Source: Stramenopiles sp. TOSAG23-6 (taxonomy: Eukaryota). Taken from it: a DNA stretch of 39,071 bases. This document shows, in pieces, positions 19,964-31,698 of the stretch (within the stretch, counting starts at the first letter, position 1; every line of letters starts with the position of its first letter). Where the stretch lies: contig LT635938.1 in the NCBI GenBank assembly GCA_900128565.1, positions 1 through 39,071 of the forward strand, given 5' to 3'. The notes beneath the pieces are model-generated. The model worked only from the letters and a program-made list of their open reading frames with translations, ran no database searches and was not told the origin of the DNA. Made by a program: the position numbers and the translations under genes.

Positions 19964-22930
19964 ATGCTAGTTTTCGGAGGTAAAACCTCAACGAATGAAA
20001 ATGCAAAGGCTATATTGGAAGAGGCAAAAGAAGAAAGTAAACGACTTGAACAAATAGAACGTTTGGAGAGAAAAGAAGCTGATCTATTAGCTGAATTAGC
20101 CGCAACACGAACAGAAATAGAAAAATCGTCACCTCGGCATCGACATCAGAAAAGTGGGCGCTCTTCAATGTTTCGTTCAACTAAACTTAAACGGAGCCCA
20201 AGACATCTACATAGTGCTACCTCTATGACCTCTTCCTTCAGGTCTTTAAAACCGCCGCCCATAGATAGGGAAGGTAATCAAAACATGGTTAATAGTAGTG
20301 CTGGGAGGATGCTGTCCCCGAGCAATAGCAATATCGGTGGAACCAATTTGAATAACATTCAGTTTCCTGCAAGCGGACATTACGATTTACTTCCTGTACT
20401 AACAACAAAAGGAGTTGAGGCATTTGAAGTAGGTTTAAACCAAAGTCAAACACCTCATATGCTACCCGTATTTCATCTACCAAGTGTATCCTTTGATGCC
20501 GAAGATAGAATCCAGAATAGACTGCCGACATCGTATAATGTTCGAAATGCCCAAGCAAGTCAGTTGCTACGGCAACAACAATCAAAAGATATACAAAATG
20601 CCTTAGGTATTGCCTCTTCTGAAATGGAGAAACTTGAGACAGACCTTTTTTCACCTCAAGTATCAAAATATTCACTTGCATCTGGTAAAGACGCACTAAA
20701 TATTGGACATGCGGGAAATAGTACATATAGTGCGACGTCTACAAGATCAAATATTGAAACGAACATTTTTTTAGATCAGATCCCTCTTGGGGTTCGAGGT
20801 ACTTTTTCAGAAACTAAACATAATCGGAGTAAAAAGCAGTATCAAAATTTGTATCAACAAGAACACAAAATGATTCATGAAAGCAGAAGAAACACTCAAA
20901 AACAATCAAAACAAGTAGGACATTCTAATCTCAATATAAAAAAAATTAGTAAGAGGAGTAGACAAAAAAGCAGTGGTGGGCGAAATAGTAAAAGATATAA
21001 AAATAACGATTTAGTTAAAGGTGGAAACGACAGATCTATACAAGATGTTGGTAAACTTCGGTCTGATTTATTGAAAAGTCTTCAAGCTATACAAGATAAT
21101 ACTTCTGCAGTGGAAGAAGGGATCATGTGGGTCCGGCAAAAATGCCCAGTAACGTCAATCAGAGCTCAAATGTATATGAAAAGATGGGGCCTTGAAAAAG
21201 TGAAGCGAGTAATGATGGCAATGCTAAGTCGTGAAGTCCGGTTATCTTTTCTCTGTTGGCGCGATGCAGCTTATGAAGCTGTTGAAAAGGAAAAACATGA
21301 AGAATTTTCTAGGCTATCAGGAGCTTCGAGAACATTCCAAACTTTTATGGAGTTGTATTACAAGACTTTGAGAAAAGGTTTCAGTAAATGGAAAGAAGAT
21401 GTGCAAGCCGAAATACTTCGTGAAGACATCGCTATGAAAGTAGAATACGCCTGTGTTTTACAGCGATGGGTCCGAAATGCACAAGCTCGTAAGTTTTTGA
21501 GAATAATTAGAGAAGCACGTATACGAAAAGAGCAAGACATAGCTGCTGCTGATATACAACGACATGTTCGTGGTAAAATATCACGTAAGCAAACGGATCA
21601 TTTAATGATGATATACTATCGTAAACGTGCTGCTTGTCGTCTTCAGCTGATGTATAGAAAATGGGCTGGTCGGAAAATGTTACGCATTATATTTGAGACA
21701 CAAAGGCGTAACCGTGCTTCAGTACACATTCAAAGAGTTGCGCGTGGGGCTGCTGGTCGTCGTCGAAGAGATTATATGCTTGCAAATAAATATAAGGAAG
21801 CCTCAACAATGCTTGTACAAAGAGTATATCGAGGTCACCTTGGAAGAAATCGTGTTGCTCGCATTCTCCGGGATAAACAGCGGGTTATTGCGACTACTAT
21901 CATGCAGCGTCGAATTCGTGGAATGCAAGGTCGAAAGAAAATGGCTCAGCGACGAGCTGAACATGCAATTTATTTGCGCAAACTAGAGCAATGTGCAATT
22001 CGTGTTCAGTCGGTATATCGTGGTCATCGTGGCAAACTCTCGTACCACCTCAAAAAATCTGCAATGCGGAAACGCAGGGAAAAAATGAAGACAAGCGCAT
22101 CTGTTATACAACGATGTTATCGTGCATACAAAAGTCGTGGTATCCTCGGCATGGCAAAGGATGCAAATTTTTTTAAGATGGTTGTGGATGCCCGTGCATG
22201 GGTGGAGTATTATGATGACCAAGCAAGTAAACTTTTTTACTTCAATGCAATGACAGAGGAAGCTTTATGGGAGCCACCCTCTACAGGTTACACTCGATCT
22301 GATGGTAAACTTATTCTATATAATGGAAATGAAATTGATAATCCAAAGGAGGATGAAACAAGAGAACATGTGGAAGCAAAACTCAAGGCAGAGAAGCAGG
22401 CTGCAGAAGGCGGAGAAGCTGGAGTTGTAGAACAAAAAACGTGTATCGAATGTGAAGAAATTGCAGCTGACGGTATTTGTGTCGAATGTGACGATATATA
22501 CTGTGAAAATTGTTACTACAGTCTTCACTCAAAAGGAAACCGAGCAAAACATACCTGGCAACCCTTCAAACAAAATGATGGTGGAAACTCCACAGATGGG
22601 AGTGTTGCCGCAGCAGTCGAGGATGGCTATGAGACAGGGTACGAGACTGCAGATGGATATGAGACTGGTTATGAAGAAACAGGATGGGAAGAAAATTCAG
22701 GCTATGAAGGCCAAGATACTACTGAAGGGCAAGTTGCAGCAATTCCTGCTGAAGGAACCGATGACCCTTGGCAAGAAGTAAACGACGAAGAAGGCAATAC
22801 TTACTTCTGGAACAGTGAAACAGGAGAATCTGCATGGGAGCGTCCAGTATTTAAAAAGCTCAAAACCATGATGAAATTAGGTTTATTTAATGCTGCTTCT
22901 GTAGAAAATAGTGCATTTGGAATAGATGCT
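19964..22930 (+). CDS. IQ-motif/WW/B-box protein, 3'-truncated at the inverted-repeat junction (ORF continues as a chimera to 24436)
   Basis: Many IQ motifs (IQRHVRG, IQRVARG, VQRVYRGHLGR), WW domains (WVEYYD...FYFN...WEPP; WQEVND...YFWN...WERP) and a B-box (CIECEE...CVECDDIYCENC...H...H). Confidence 0.85.
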
Positions 22931-24436
22931 AATGTTCCACCTAATTTTATATATATATTTTTCCCACTCCTTGCTCTGGTTATTCCGAAGTGGAGAAAAG
23001 CCATGGCTCACCCTACAAATAGTAAACAAATTCTGTACTTAATTTCTGGATCTGGTGCTCCACGGAATCCTGATCATCAAGAAAAAGGAAACTCAACGGA
23101 AGGCTCTGCCATGATTCTACAAGTATTTGTACAGACATTTTTTCCTGAAATTGAAGTATTTACATTAAACAGTGGTTCTGGAGTCTTCAGATACAGACAA
23201 AATAGCGCATTTATTAGTACAGTTTTGAAGCCACACATTGAAGCACATTGCGAGTATCTCGCATCAGAAATTCTAGATGACTGGAAAGATTTTTTTAATC
23301 TTTGTCTTACTGTCACTGACGGAACTCCTGCTCGCACTTCCGCACTCATTGCCGGTTTACGACGTTTTCGCCCAGATTATATTCATTTTTGGCAACCAAA
23401 ATCCTTCTGGCAGTCTCAACGTCTACGCCCCTCTTTGTTGTGTTGGGAGACATTTGAGCAATTAGAAATGCAGCCTGCACAACGTGTCTGTGACACATCA
23501 AGAGATGTACAAAGACTTGTAAAAGAAGTCATAAAGTTCAAAAGGTCATTTCTTAAAAGTTTTGATCACCAAGGTAAAGACAATAAAAAAGAAAAAGTTG
23601 AGGAATCTAATTTTACAGATACTGAATTTGGTCCAGAGATGATGTGTGCTCGTGTATATGATGACAATTCGGCAAATGATAATGAATCAAATATTTCAAA
23701 ATCAGAAGTCAATAAAATAAATACAAAAGACACAAAATATGAAACAGAGTTATCTTCTTTCTGGTTACGAAAAACGAGAAGTCCCGTGTTAGCTGTTTTG
23801 ATGATAAAAAAAGAAAACCAAAAAGAGCCAATATTTCACTGTGGAATTAATTTAGAGGTATCAATGCCTACTGGTAGTTTATGTGCTGAACGAAATTGTA
23901 TAGGTACTGCTCTTGCTTCTGATTTAACCCTTAGGCGTAGAGACTTAAAAATGATAGCAGTGTTATCACTACCAAAAATTCCTGTAGTTTCTAGTCCAAT
24001 CAAGAAGAAGCGAAACAGGGCAAAACCTCAAAATCATATATCAAGTTCAAGGAAAAACGCAATAAATGAGGATGATAATAAAATCGAAAGAACATTAAAT
24101 TTTACATGTCGTAGTCAAAGCCCTTGTATACACCAAAAAAAAATAGGAGTAAATAGTAACCACAATTCTTGTTTAAATGATGCTTCTTCCACGAGTAGAA
24201 GATCTAGGCGACGTGGTGATTCTTATAATAAATTTTTATTTGAACAAGGAATAGAAGCTCCTGACACTATAGCAGATAACGGCTATCCGATTAGAGTTGC
24301 ATCAAACCCTTTAAATCCATGTGGGGCTTGTAAAGAATGGTTATTAAAGATAGCAGAAGTTCAACCAGCATTTAAAGTGATTTCCTTTACTAATGAGATG
24401 TGCTCTGATGTGTATATTAAAGCAGTTCAACAATGA
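22922..24436 (+). CDS. 5'-truncated duplicate of the cytidine-deaminase-domain gene, in frame with the IQ/WW/B-box ORF
   Basis: Protein from IDANVPPNF to the end is identical to that of 14601..16115(-). Confidence 0.85.
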   Translation: MDANVPPNFIYIFFPLLALVIPKWRKAMAHPTNSKQILYLISGSGAPRNPDHQEKGNSTEGSAMILQVFVQTFFPEIEVFTLNSGSGVFRYRQNSAFISTVLKPHIEAHCEYLASEILDDWKDFFNLCLTVTDGTPARTSALIAGLRRFRPDYIHFWQPKSFWQSQRLRPSLLCWETFEQLEMQPAQRVCDTSRDVQRLVKEVIKFKRSFLKSFDHQGKDNKKEKVEESNFTDTEFGPEMMCARVYDDNSANDNESNISKSEVNKINTKDTKYETELSSFWLRKTRSPVLAVLMIKKENQKEPIFHCGINLEVSMPTGSLCAERNCIGTALASDLTLRRRDLKMIAVLSLPKIPVVSSPIKKKRNRAKPQNHISSSRKNAINEDDNKIERTLNFTCRSQSPCIHQKKIGVNSNHNSCLNDASSTSRRSRRRGDSYNKFLFEQGIEAPDTIADNGYPIRVASNPLNPCGACKEWLLKIAEVQPAFKVISFTNEMCSDVYIKAVQQ

Positions 24437-24514
24437 AGACTTAGTCAAATTAAAGTTTATAGTAGCAACTAAATAAACTAAACAAAAAAAAATGTGCGAA
24501 AATTTTGAAATAGC

Positions 24515-27382
24515 TTATCCCCCAAGTTCAATTAAAACTCTCTCGACTAATTCACCCTTCCGACCTCCAACTTTTAACTTTCTGCTGCGTAAGAAGGCTT
24601 TTAGAACAGAAACTTTTTGTTTTTGAACTAAACCATCACGGCGCAATTGTTGCCAATCAATTGCATTTGCGTTTTGTTTCGCTTCGTTTGCTTTAGATTT
24701 TGCTTTAGACTTTGCATTTTCTGCTTTTTCTTGTTGTGCTTTTGATAATGGAGCTTTCTTCACTTGCCTCTGATCAAAAACCCAAAGCTCCTCAGCTTCA
24801 CGCTCAAGCATCTCCTCGTGTGCATATTGGTTGCGACGACGTTGCAACGCTTCCGAACCATTTCCAGGTATAACATATTCTCTTGGACTACAAAATGCAA
24901 CTCTGTGATGTTGTTTAGAAACTGTGTAAAAATTTTTCCGAAATTTTTTAAAATTAGTACCAGAGTCCTCACTATTTTTCCGATGATCCTGAGAAAATTT
25001 AATCGCACTTCCCTCATTTTCATCATTAGATTGTATTTGATTATTTGTATGAATTTGTCGTGGAATTACTTTTGCATATTTTACATTCTTTTCATCATCA
25101 AAACTGTTCAAACTATTCGATGTATTTTCTTTGTGTATTGCCGAGATCCAACATGGACCATTTTCGTTCAAATGTATTTTGGAAAAATATTTCAAAAACA
25201 AATCGTTAGGTACAAAATTTCGTATGAAAAAAAATTCGAAATTGAAAAAAAAATAAAACATACATGTCTTCGCTCATTTGGAGGTATAAACGCATTACTA
25301 CTATTATCAACATTACTCGGGTTTAGAGTATCTATTTCTTCCAAGTCGCCGACAAGAATGTCGCCTCCTTTTTTTTGTGATGATGATGATTGAGTTTTCC
25401 TCTTTTTTGAAATGAAACCGTCATTATCAGAATCATTTTCATTTGAAGAATTTTCACTTTTATTTCCTATTTCATTTCGATGACGCTTTTTTGTTTGCCA
25501 ACGACATGCAGATTTATTTTTATTGCTATCAATTACTAGTTGTGGTATAACTTCATTATCTTGTATTAGTGATGGTACAACTTCATTATCTTGAACTAGT
25601 GGTGGTATAACTACATTATCTTGAACTAGTGGTGGTATAACTTCATTATCTTGAACTAGTGATGGTATAACTTCATTATTTTGTACTAGTGATGGTATAA
25701 CTTCATTATCTTGTACTAGTGATGGTACAACTTCATCATTGCCACAATCAACTTTGGTACTTTCAACACACTCCTTCACAATTTTATCACTCTCTTTGTC
25801 CTCTGCACTATTTTGCACATCGTTTACATCGCTTTTATTATCATTTGTAAATACTTCAATAGGTTTTCTCTTACCAATATGACCGACTCGGCGTCCATTC
25901 CTCCCACATCGTTTCTTCCTTGCACTTCTTGTTATTTGTTTTGTCGAAGACGACAAAATATCTTTCTTCGATGAAGTTTTCACTGTAGTATTATGTGTGT
26001 TAGGTTTGTCTACGGATGTACTCGCTTCGCAATTATTGATTTCTTCTACTTGTTGAATTATTTTATTATCTACTTGTTGAATTATTTTATCTTCTACTTG
26101 TTGAATTATTTTATTATCTACATTTACACGACAAGCATTCATGACAGATACATTTTTGGATTTTTCATTATTCATTTTTCCTACAGGATTTTCATATATA
26201 ATCTCTTGGTGTACAGTTTTTTCTACGTTTTTTTTAATTGGGGTAATCATTTGTAGTATACACTTTGGGAAATCGCCTTCTGAAAATACACCAATTCCTG
26301 CTTCTGAAGCTCTATTAAAATTCTCAGTCTGAATAAAATCTGAACAAAATGTATTTAAATGCCCTTTAGAATGAGATACACCAAATACTTGACTAGCCTG
26401 TGTTATGGATGAAATTTGTGAGGATCTATGAACTAGACCTTGGATAGGTTCAACCATGTATTGTGAAAAAAATATTTTAATTTAATTGTTTTTGTTAGGC
26501 ACAAATTTTCGTACGAAAAATAATTTATGTAAAACATTCAATTTTTTAAATGTACACAAAGCATGTATCATTTTTAGACCACTTTTGAAAATCATCATCT
26601 GTGCATTCAACAGTAGATAAAAACAACCGAATAGTTTGCGCCTGACCAGCTTCGACAATATCTGAATAGTCTGAAGGATGAGTGAAAATAAAAGTAAAAC
26701 CTTGAAACATTTGATTTCTCTGAGAATTTGGTAATAGTTGACAAGTATACGACTCCTGACCTTCAGGAAGATAAGATTGTATTTGAGGTAAAGTCGTGCG
26801 TAATTTATGTACTGTGCCATTACTCATCGATGTAGGTTGACCTCCCGCGACATCGCTGAGCCATCTAGGTGTAATAATCGGTTTGCTTTGAAGAAGAGCC
26901 CAAATTACTTTGAACGTTATCGCAAATGTACCACAGAGAACCAGATGAGTACAACGACTGCACCAAACGCTTGTGATATGAGCACCGATTTTCATTGCTA
27001 AAACTTTAACTCTCTTTTTAGATGCTTTGTCTGCACGAGAAACACATAATAAAAGCGGCTTCCAACGTAATACAAACACAGACTTCGAAACGCCAAACTC
27101 GATGAGGCTTCCGTCACAAAGATTGTAAGTTTCTCCTTTTTGGAGACGTTCTCCATTTACACTTGTACCAAATTTGGATTTATCTTCTATTTGAATACTT
27201 GGAATTGATTGTTCGTCTTTACAGTCAAATGAAACAGCTACTATAACCGTCGCGTGATGACGACTAACAGACTTGTCGTTAACCAACGCAATTGCTCCCT
27301 TTCGGCCCACCGTGTGCCTACCTGCTACCAACCAAAATTGTGACACAGTCGTAGCATTCGCAGTGCTCTCTAGATACCACAT
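24515..27382 (-). CDS. NBS1: NBS1, mirror copy (exons 27382-26556, 26455-25264, 25171-24515)
   Basis: Identical translations to 11655..14522. Confidence 0.86.
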
Positions 27383-27780
27383 AAGCTTCAAATTAGCCAA
27401 GTAACAACACTAACAAGACTTTTCGTGATGAACTCAAAATGTGTAATGTCCAAGACTTAGTTCATTTTTTCTTCTTGAGAGTCTTCTTATCTCTCTATGT
27501 CCTGGATTTTTTGACCGTTTGACTAATAATATTGACTCGAAAGCTCAATTTCAAATTTATTTTTAGGTTTCAAACTTTCAAGTAACACAACACGAAGAAA
27601 GTTTTAGGGAAAGTTTTAAAGAACGGTCATCCATCAACTTTTGCTACCGCTTTGCTACCCACCACCACGAATTCAATTACACAGTAACATAGAAGCAAAA
27701 GGGAAGGTTACGCCATACGTTTCTGTGTACATTCCATTAGGCATACCATATATTAATTCCTTGGTCATATATTACGTGAA

Positions 27781-29064
27781 ATGTATTTTGATTCTTTAAA
27801 ATCATGTCCTGTACCACTAGAACGTAGCCCACTTGGAGACTGTGAAATTCCTTGCGAAGCTCCGTTTATTTCCAAGAGAGATTCCAATAGGATGCTCGTT
27901 CTAGAAACAACCGTTGGGACTATCATTTGCCTTCTTCTAGGATTACATATATTAGCATACTTAATCGATCCCAAATTGAGGAAATTGAGGTCACCGATTG
28001 TGACTTTGATTGTAAGCTTCTTTCTGGTTTTTTCTATAACTCTTCGTGACATTACTGGAGGGGAGCATGGATCATTTTGTTTTGACAACGTATCACACGT
28101 TCAAATGAAAAGGCACGGCTTTAACTCCAAAACTGCACCTTGTATTATACAGGCAACATCTATAGCTTTTTTCACTCTAGTCATGTGCTGTTTATGGTTT
28201 CGAACCGTGTTACAATTTTTCGTAAAGCTAAAAAGTGAAGTAAGGTTAGACCCCTTTCGTTCGTTAGTTTTTTGTTTTCTTTTCCCTCTGATAATAGTAT
28301 CTATCCTTCTTACTTATAAAGCATTTGGGCACACTGAACCAAATAGTTTCTGTTTATTTTTTAGGGGTACTGGGCCTGTGAGATGGGTGTTATTTTTCGG
28401 ACCTATTACATTCATTTGGTTTGTTGGCAACGTTTTGCTCTGTATTTGTTTTATAGAATTAAGAAAAATACAAAAACTTAGAGGTGTGAAAACATGTTGC
28501 TTGGGGCTGACAGGATTTTTGACATTTATGCTTAGTTTCTCTTCGATGGTAGTCCCAATAATGCTCCTAAATCTTTTAAAGGTCTTTCATGTCAAAAGGA
28601 AAGCGAGTGTCTCTTGGCGATCTTGCCTCTTGGCTAATTACCTCAATGGAAATATGAAACCTGCATTGGGCCTTGTTAATAAATCGAGTTTGTGGCAAGA
28701 TTGTATCATTCAAAGTTTTAGAGACCATTCGAATATAAATGATCTAAATGCATCTTTGAAAAGTTGTTCTAAAATGTCTGGATTAATAGACGGAAATGTA
28801 GATAGTCTCTCTAGCAGTGGCTGTGGCTTGATAATTAATAGTTTTCCAGCTTTGTCACTTGCGTATAATTTTATATTCTTCCTTCAAGGATTTCTTATGT
28901 TATATATGTACGGGTATAAAAATGATGTACTATTTTCATGCTGGCGTAGTATGCAACCCACGCAACAGAAAATATCATCGACAAACTGCAACTCAAATTT
29001 AAATGCGGAAGTTTGTAGGAGCATAAATTTAAGCAAGCTTCCTATTAAAAACACAAGGTCTTAA
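27781..29064 (+). CDS. Frizzled/Smoothened-like 7TM receptor, mirror copy
   Basis: Identical translation to 9973..11256. Confidence 0.6.
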   Translation: MYFDSLKSCPVPLERSPLGDCEIPCEAPFISKRDSNRMLVLETTVGTIICLLLGLHILAYLIDPKLRKLRSPIVTLIVSFFLVFSITLRDITGGEHGSFCFDNVSHVQMKRHGFNSKTAPCIIQATSIAFFTLVMCCLWFRTVLQFFVKLKSEVRLDPFRSLVFCFLFPLIIVSILLTYKAFGHTEPNSFCLFFRGTGPVRWVLFFGPITFIWFVGNVLLCICFIELRKIQKLRGVKTCCLGLTGFLTFMLSFSSMVVPIMLLNLLKVFHVKRKASVSWRSCLLANYLNGNMKPALGLVNKSSLWQDCIIQSFRDHSNINDLNASLKSCSKMSGLIDGNVDSLSSSGCGLIINSFPALSLAYNFIFFLQGFLMLYMYGYKNDVLFSCWRSMQPTQQKISSTNCNSNLNAEVCRSINLSKLPIKNTRS

Positions 29065-29143
29065 CTATTGCAAACAATGTAATGCAATTTAATTTTGCTT
29101 TTGTACCAATTTGGTATAATGTAATAAAAATAACTATAGTTTT

Positions 29144-29866
29144 TCATTTATGATTTATCAAATTATTCCACAAAAACTGACATTTGTTTCTATCTAATCG
29201 CATTTTAGTAACTTGCCGTATAAAATTCTGACTTTTCATTCCATTTAAACGTAGTAACATTTTCCCTGTAACTACCTCTGCATGCAACGCTGCTAGAGCT
29301 GAGTATTGTGCCGCTCGCCAACTAGCGACTTTTGAATTAACGACATTTGTAATACCCTCATCGATGGTTCTATGAAATTTAGAATCATGTAGATCAAAAT
29401 CATCCACTTGATAAGTAACATCACGAGAATTGCGAAAGTATTGATTAGTTTGAGTAGAACCAAACTTAACATTTCTTTGTATGTGTCGTGATGGTATATC
29501 TTCCATGAGTTTCGTGTCTTTCTTGATTTTTCCAGCTCTTTGTTGCACTATTAAAATTTTCTCCTCCTTCGTGAGATAAACTTGACTTCTGAATGGTTTT
29601 ATTACTTGCGTACGTGGCTTTGGAAGTTCTAAGAAACGATCCGTGGAAGCATTTTGGTAAGCTATATCAGGGCATAAGTCTGGGTACGAAATATCCATAT
29701 TCTGTTTTACTGGAAATTTTGTTTTTGGAAGTTTTTCTGATGGACTTGGAACTGGAAGTTTTCCTTTGAGAAAACGAAGTTCACTCAACCCCTCCATAAC
29801 AAAATTTGAACTCTCATCTATTTGTTGCATATTTTTGTGCAGTTTATGTTTGATAAGGCTATTCAT
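29144..29866 (-). CDS. Hypothetical protein, mirror copy
   Basis: Identical translation to 9171..9893. Confidence 0.55.
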   Translation of the reverse strand: MNSLIKHKLHKNMQQIDESSNFVMEGLSELRFLKGKLPVPSPSEKLPKTKFPVKQNMDISYPDLCPDIAYQNASTDRFLELPKPRTQVIKPFRSQVYLTKEEKILIVQQRAGKIKKDTKLMEDIPSRHIQRNVKFGSTQTNQYFRNSRDVTYQVDDFDLHDSKFHRTIDEGITNVVNSKVASWRAAQYSALAALHAEVVTGKMLLRLNGMKSQNFIRQVTKMRLDRNKCQFLWNNLINHK

Positions 29867-30085
29867 TTTCTCATTTTGAAATAAAAAATGAACCAAATGA
29901 TTTGTTTGTATTACCTTTTGGGTTTTGCATGATGCATATAAATGAACTCAAATTACTTTCAACCGACACAACAGTTACATTTCTGGTCGAAAAGCAGGTT
30001 CGTGCAATTAATCGGAAATAAATAGTCAGCGAGTGAAAAACTAGGATTAGTGTAAGTACAAGTTTCTCTGACCTATAAACACAGA

Positions 30086-31606
30086 ATGGGAGAATCTAAA
30101 CCAACTCCAGCGATAATGCATGCAGATGATTCAGAAAAAGAGCTTGCATCTAGTCTATTTGGTGGTCCAGCATTGAAATTTGGGGAGGAGAGTGACAGTA
30201 TGTCTGACTCTGAGTCTGGAAATGAAGGTGATGCAATTTTTACAGGTGGTACTTCAGAAACAATAAACAACGACTTTCGAAATTCATCAAAATCAGGCGG
30301 TAAGAGAAAGCTGTGTTTAAAACCTGCATGGAATGATTCAGATGATGATAGAGAGAGTTTTGATATTAGTGCAACAAACCGGCTTCGGAAACTTCGAAAG
30401 ACAGAAGAAGAAACAGTTGTATCAGGTGCTGAATACGCGCGTCGTCTTCGTTCGCAATTTTGTAAAATGAACCCTGCGACGTCGTGGGCCGCCATACCTG
30501 AAGTGCCCCCAAGTCTCAAGTTTGCTTCTGCCATTGCTGATGACATGACGAATGGTCTGGCTGTAGATTTGTTTAAAACATCTGCCTCAATGCTGAGGTC
30601 TTCAACTGCTGCAATTAGAAAGGAACAACTCTCGGTATTGCGAGTAAAAGACGCAAATGCTGAAGAAATTTCTGATGCTGTTGTGCAATCTGTAGAATTT
30701 CACACGAGACGCTCGTTGATGCTTACTGCTGGATTGGATAAAAAATTGAGACTATTTGATATAGATGGAAAGTTTAATAGAAAAATTCAAGGTGTTGTAT
30801 TTCCAGACATGCCCATCAGGACTGCAACATTTTCAGGTTGTGGTTCTTCAGCAGTGGGATCAGAACAAATAATTGCAACTGGCCGTCGACCATTCTTTTA
30901 CACAGTTGATATAGCATCAGGTTCTGTTCTTAAAATTCCGCGTATTGCTGGTCGTAAAGAGAAATCTCTTGAAAAGGTTGTGGCTTCGTCAGATGGTCGT
31001 TGGATTGCTTTTTTGGGTAATGACGGATATGTGATACTAGTTTCAGGAAAAACAAAACAATGGATTGCCAACCTCAAAATGAACGGGGCTGTTCGTGCTG
31101 TTGCTTTTACGCCTGATTGTTCTGAGTTACTCACTGTTGGTACTGATGGAGATGTGTACAGATGGAGTCTGAATGACAGAAGATGTATTCACAGGCACGC
31201 TGATGAAGGTGGAATGACAGGCAGTGCAATTGCAGTTTCTCCAAATGGTAAATATTACGCAATTGGATCAGAAGCAGGTGTAGTTAACATATATGATGCA
31301 GAAAAGGCATCTAAAGAAGCTACACCTGTACCAACCAAAGCTATTATGAATTTAACCACAGCCATTGATGGTTTAACGTTTAACCATGATTCACAGTTGC
31401 TTTCAATTCGGTCTCAACGAATTAAAGATCAATTTAAAATTGTTCATTGTCCAAGTTTCACAACTTACCAAAATTGGCCTACTTCAAACACACCTTTAGG
31501 GTACGTTAGTTCTACTTCATTTAGCCCACATAGTGGCTTTCTTTCTATAGGAAATGACAAAGGCAAGGTTTTATTGTACAGACTTCAGCACTACACCCAG
31601 GCTTAA
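30086..31606 (+). CDS. UTP18: UTP18, mirror copy
   Basis: Identical translation to 7431..8951. Confidence 0.92.
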   Translation: MGESKPTPAIMHADDSEKELASSLFGGPALKFGEESDSMSDSESGNEGDAIFTGGTSETINNDFRNSSKSGGKRKLCLKPAWNDSDDDRESFDISATNRLRKLRKTEEETVVSGAEYARRLRSQFCKMNPATSWAAIPEVPPSLKFASAIADDMTNGLAVDLFKTSASMLRSSTAAIRKEQLSVLRVKDANAEEISDAVVQSVEFHTRRSLMLTAGLDKKLRLFDIDGKFNRKIQGVVFPDMPIRTATFSGCGSSAVGSEQIIATGRRPFFYTVDIASGSVLKIPRIAGRKEKSLEKVVASSDGRWIAFLGNDGYVILVSGKTKQWIANLKMNGAVRAVAFTPDCSELLTVGTDGDVYRWSLNDRRCIHRHADEGGMTGSAIAVSPNGKYYAIGSEAGVVNIYDAEKASKEATPVPTKAIMNLTTAIDGLTFNHDSQLLSIRSQRIKDQFKIVHCPSFTTYQNWPTSNTPLGYVSSTSFSPHSGFLSIGNDKGKVLLYRLQHYTQA

Positions 31607-31698
31607 TAGAATGATTATATAGTATTGCTACTGTAATAAATATAAAACAAAACATATATTTTGATTTTTTGGATTATTCTTTTTATTGATAGATTATA

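Noticed and set aside
19964-24436. Novel 1490-aa IQ/WW/B-box/deaminase protein as an evolved gene
   Set aside because: The fusion point coincides exactly with the inverted-repeat boundary, and the C-terminal part is an identical copy of another gene.
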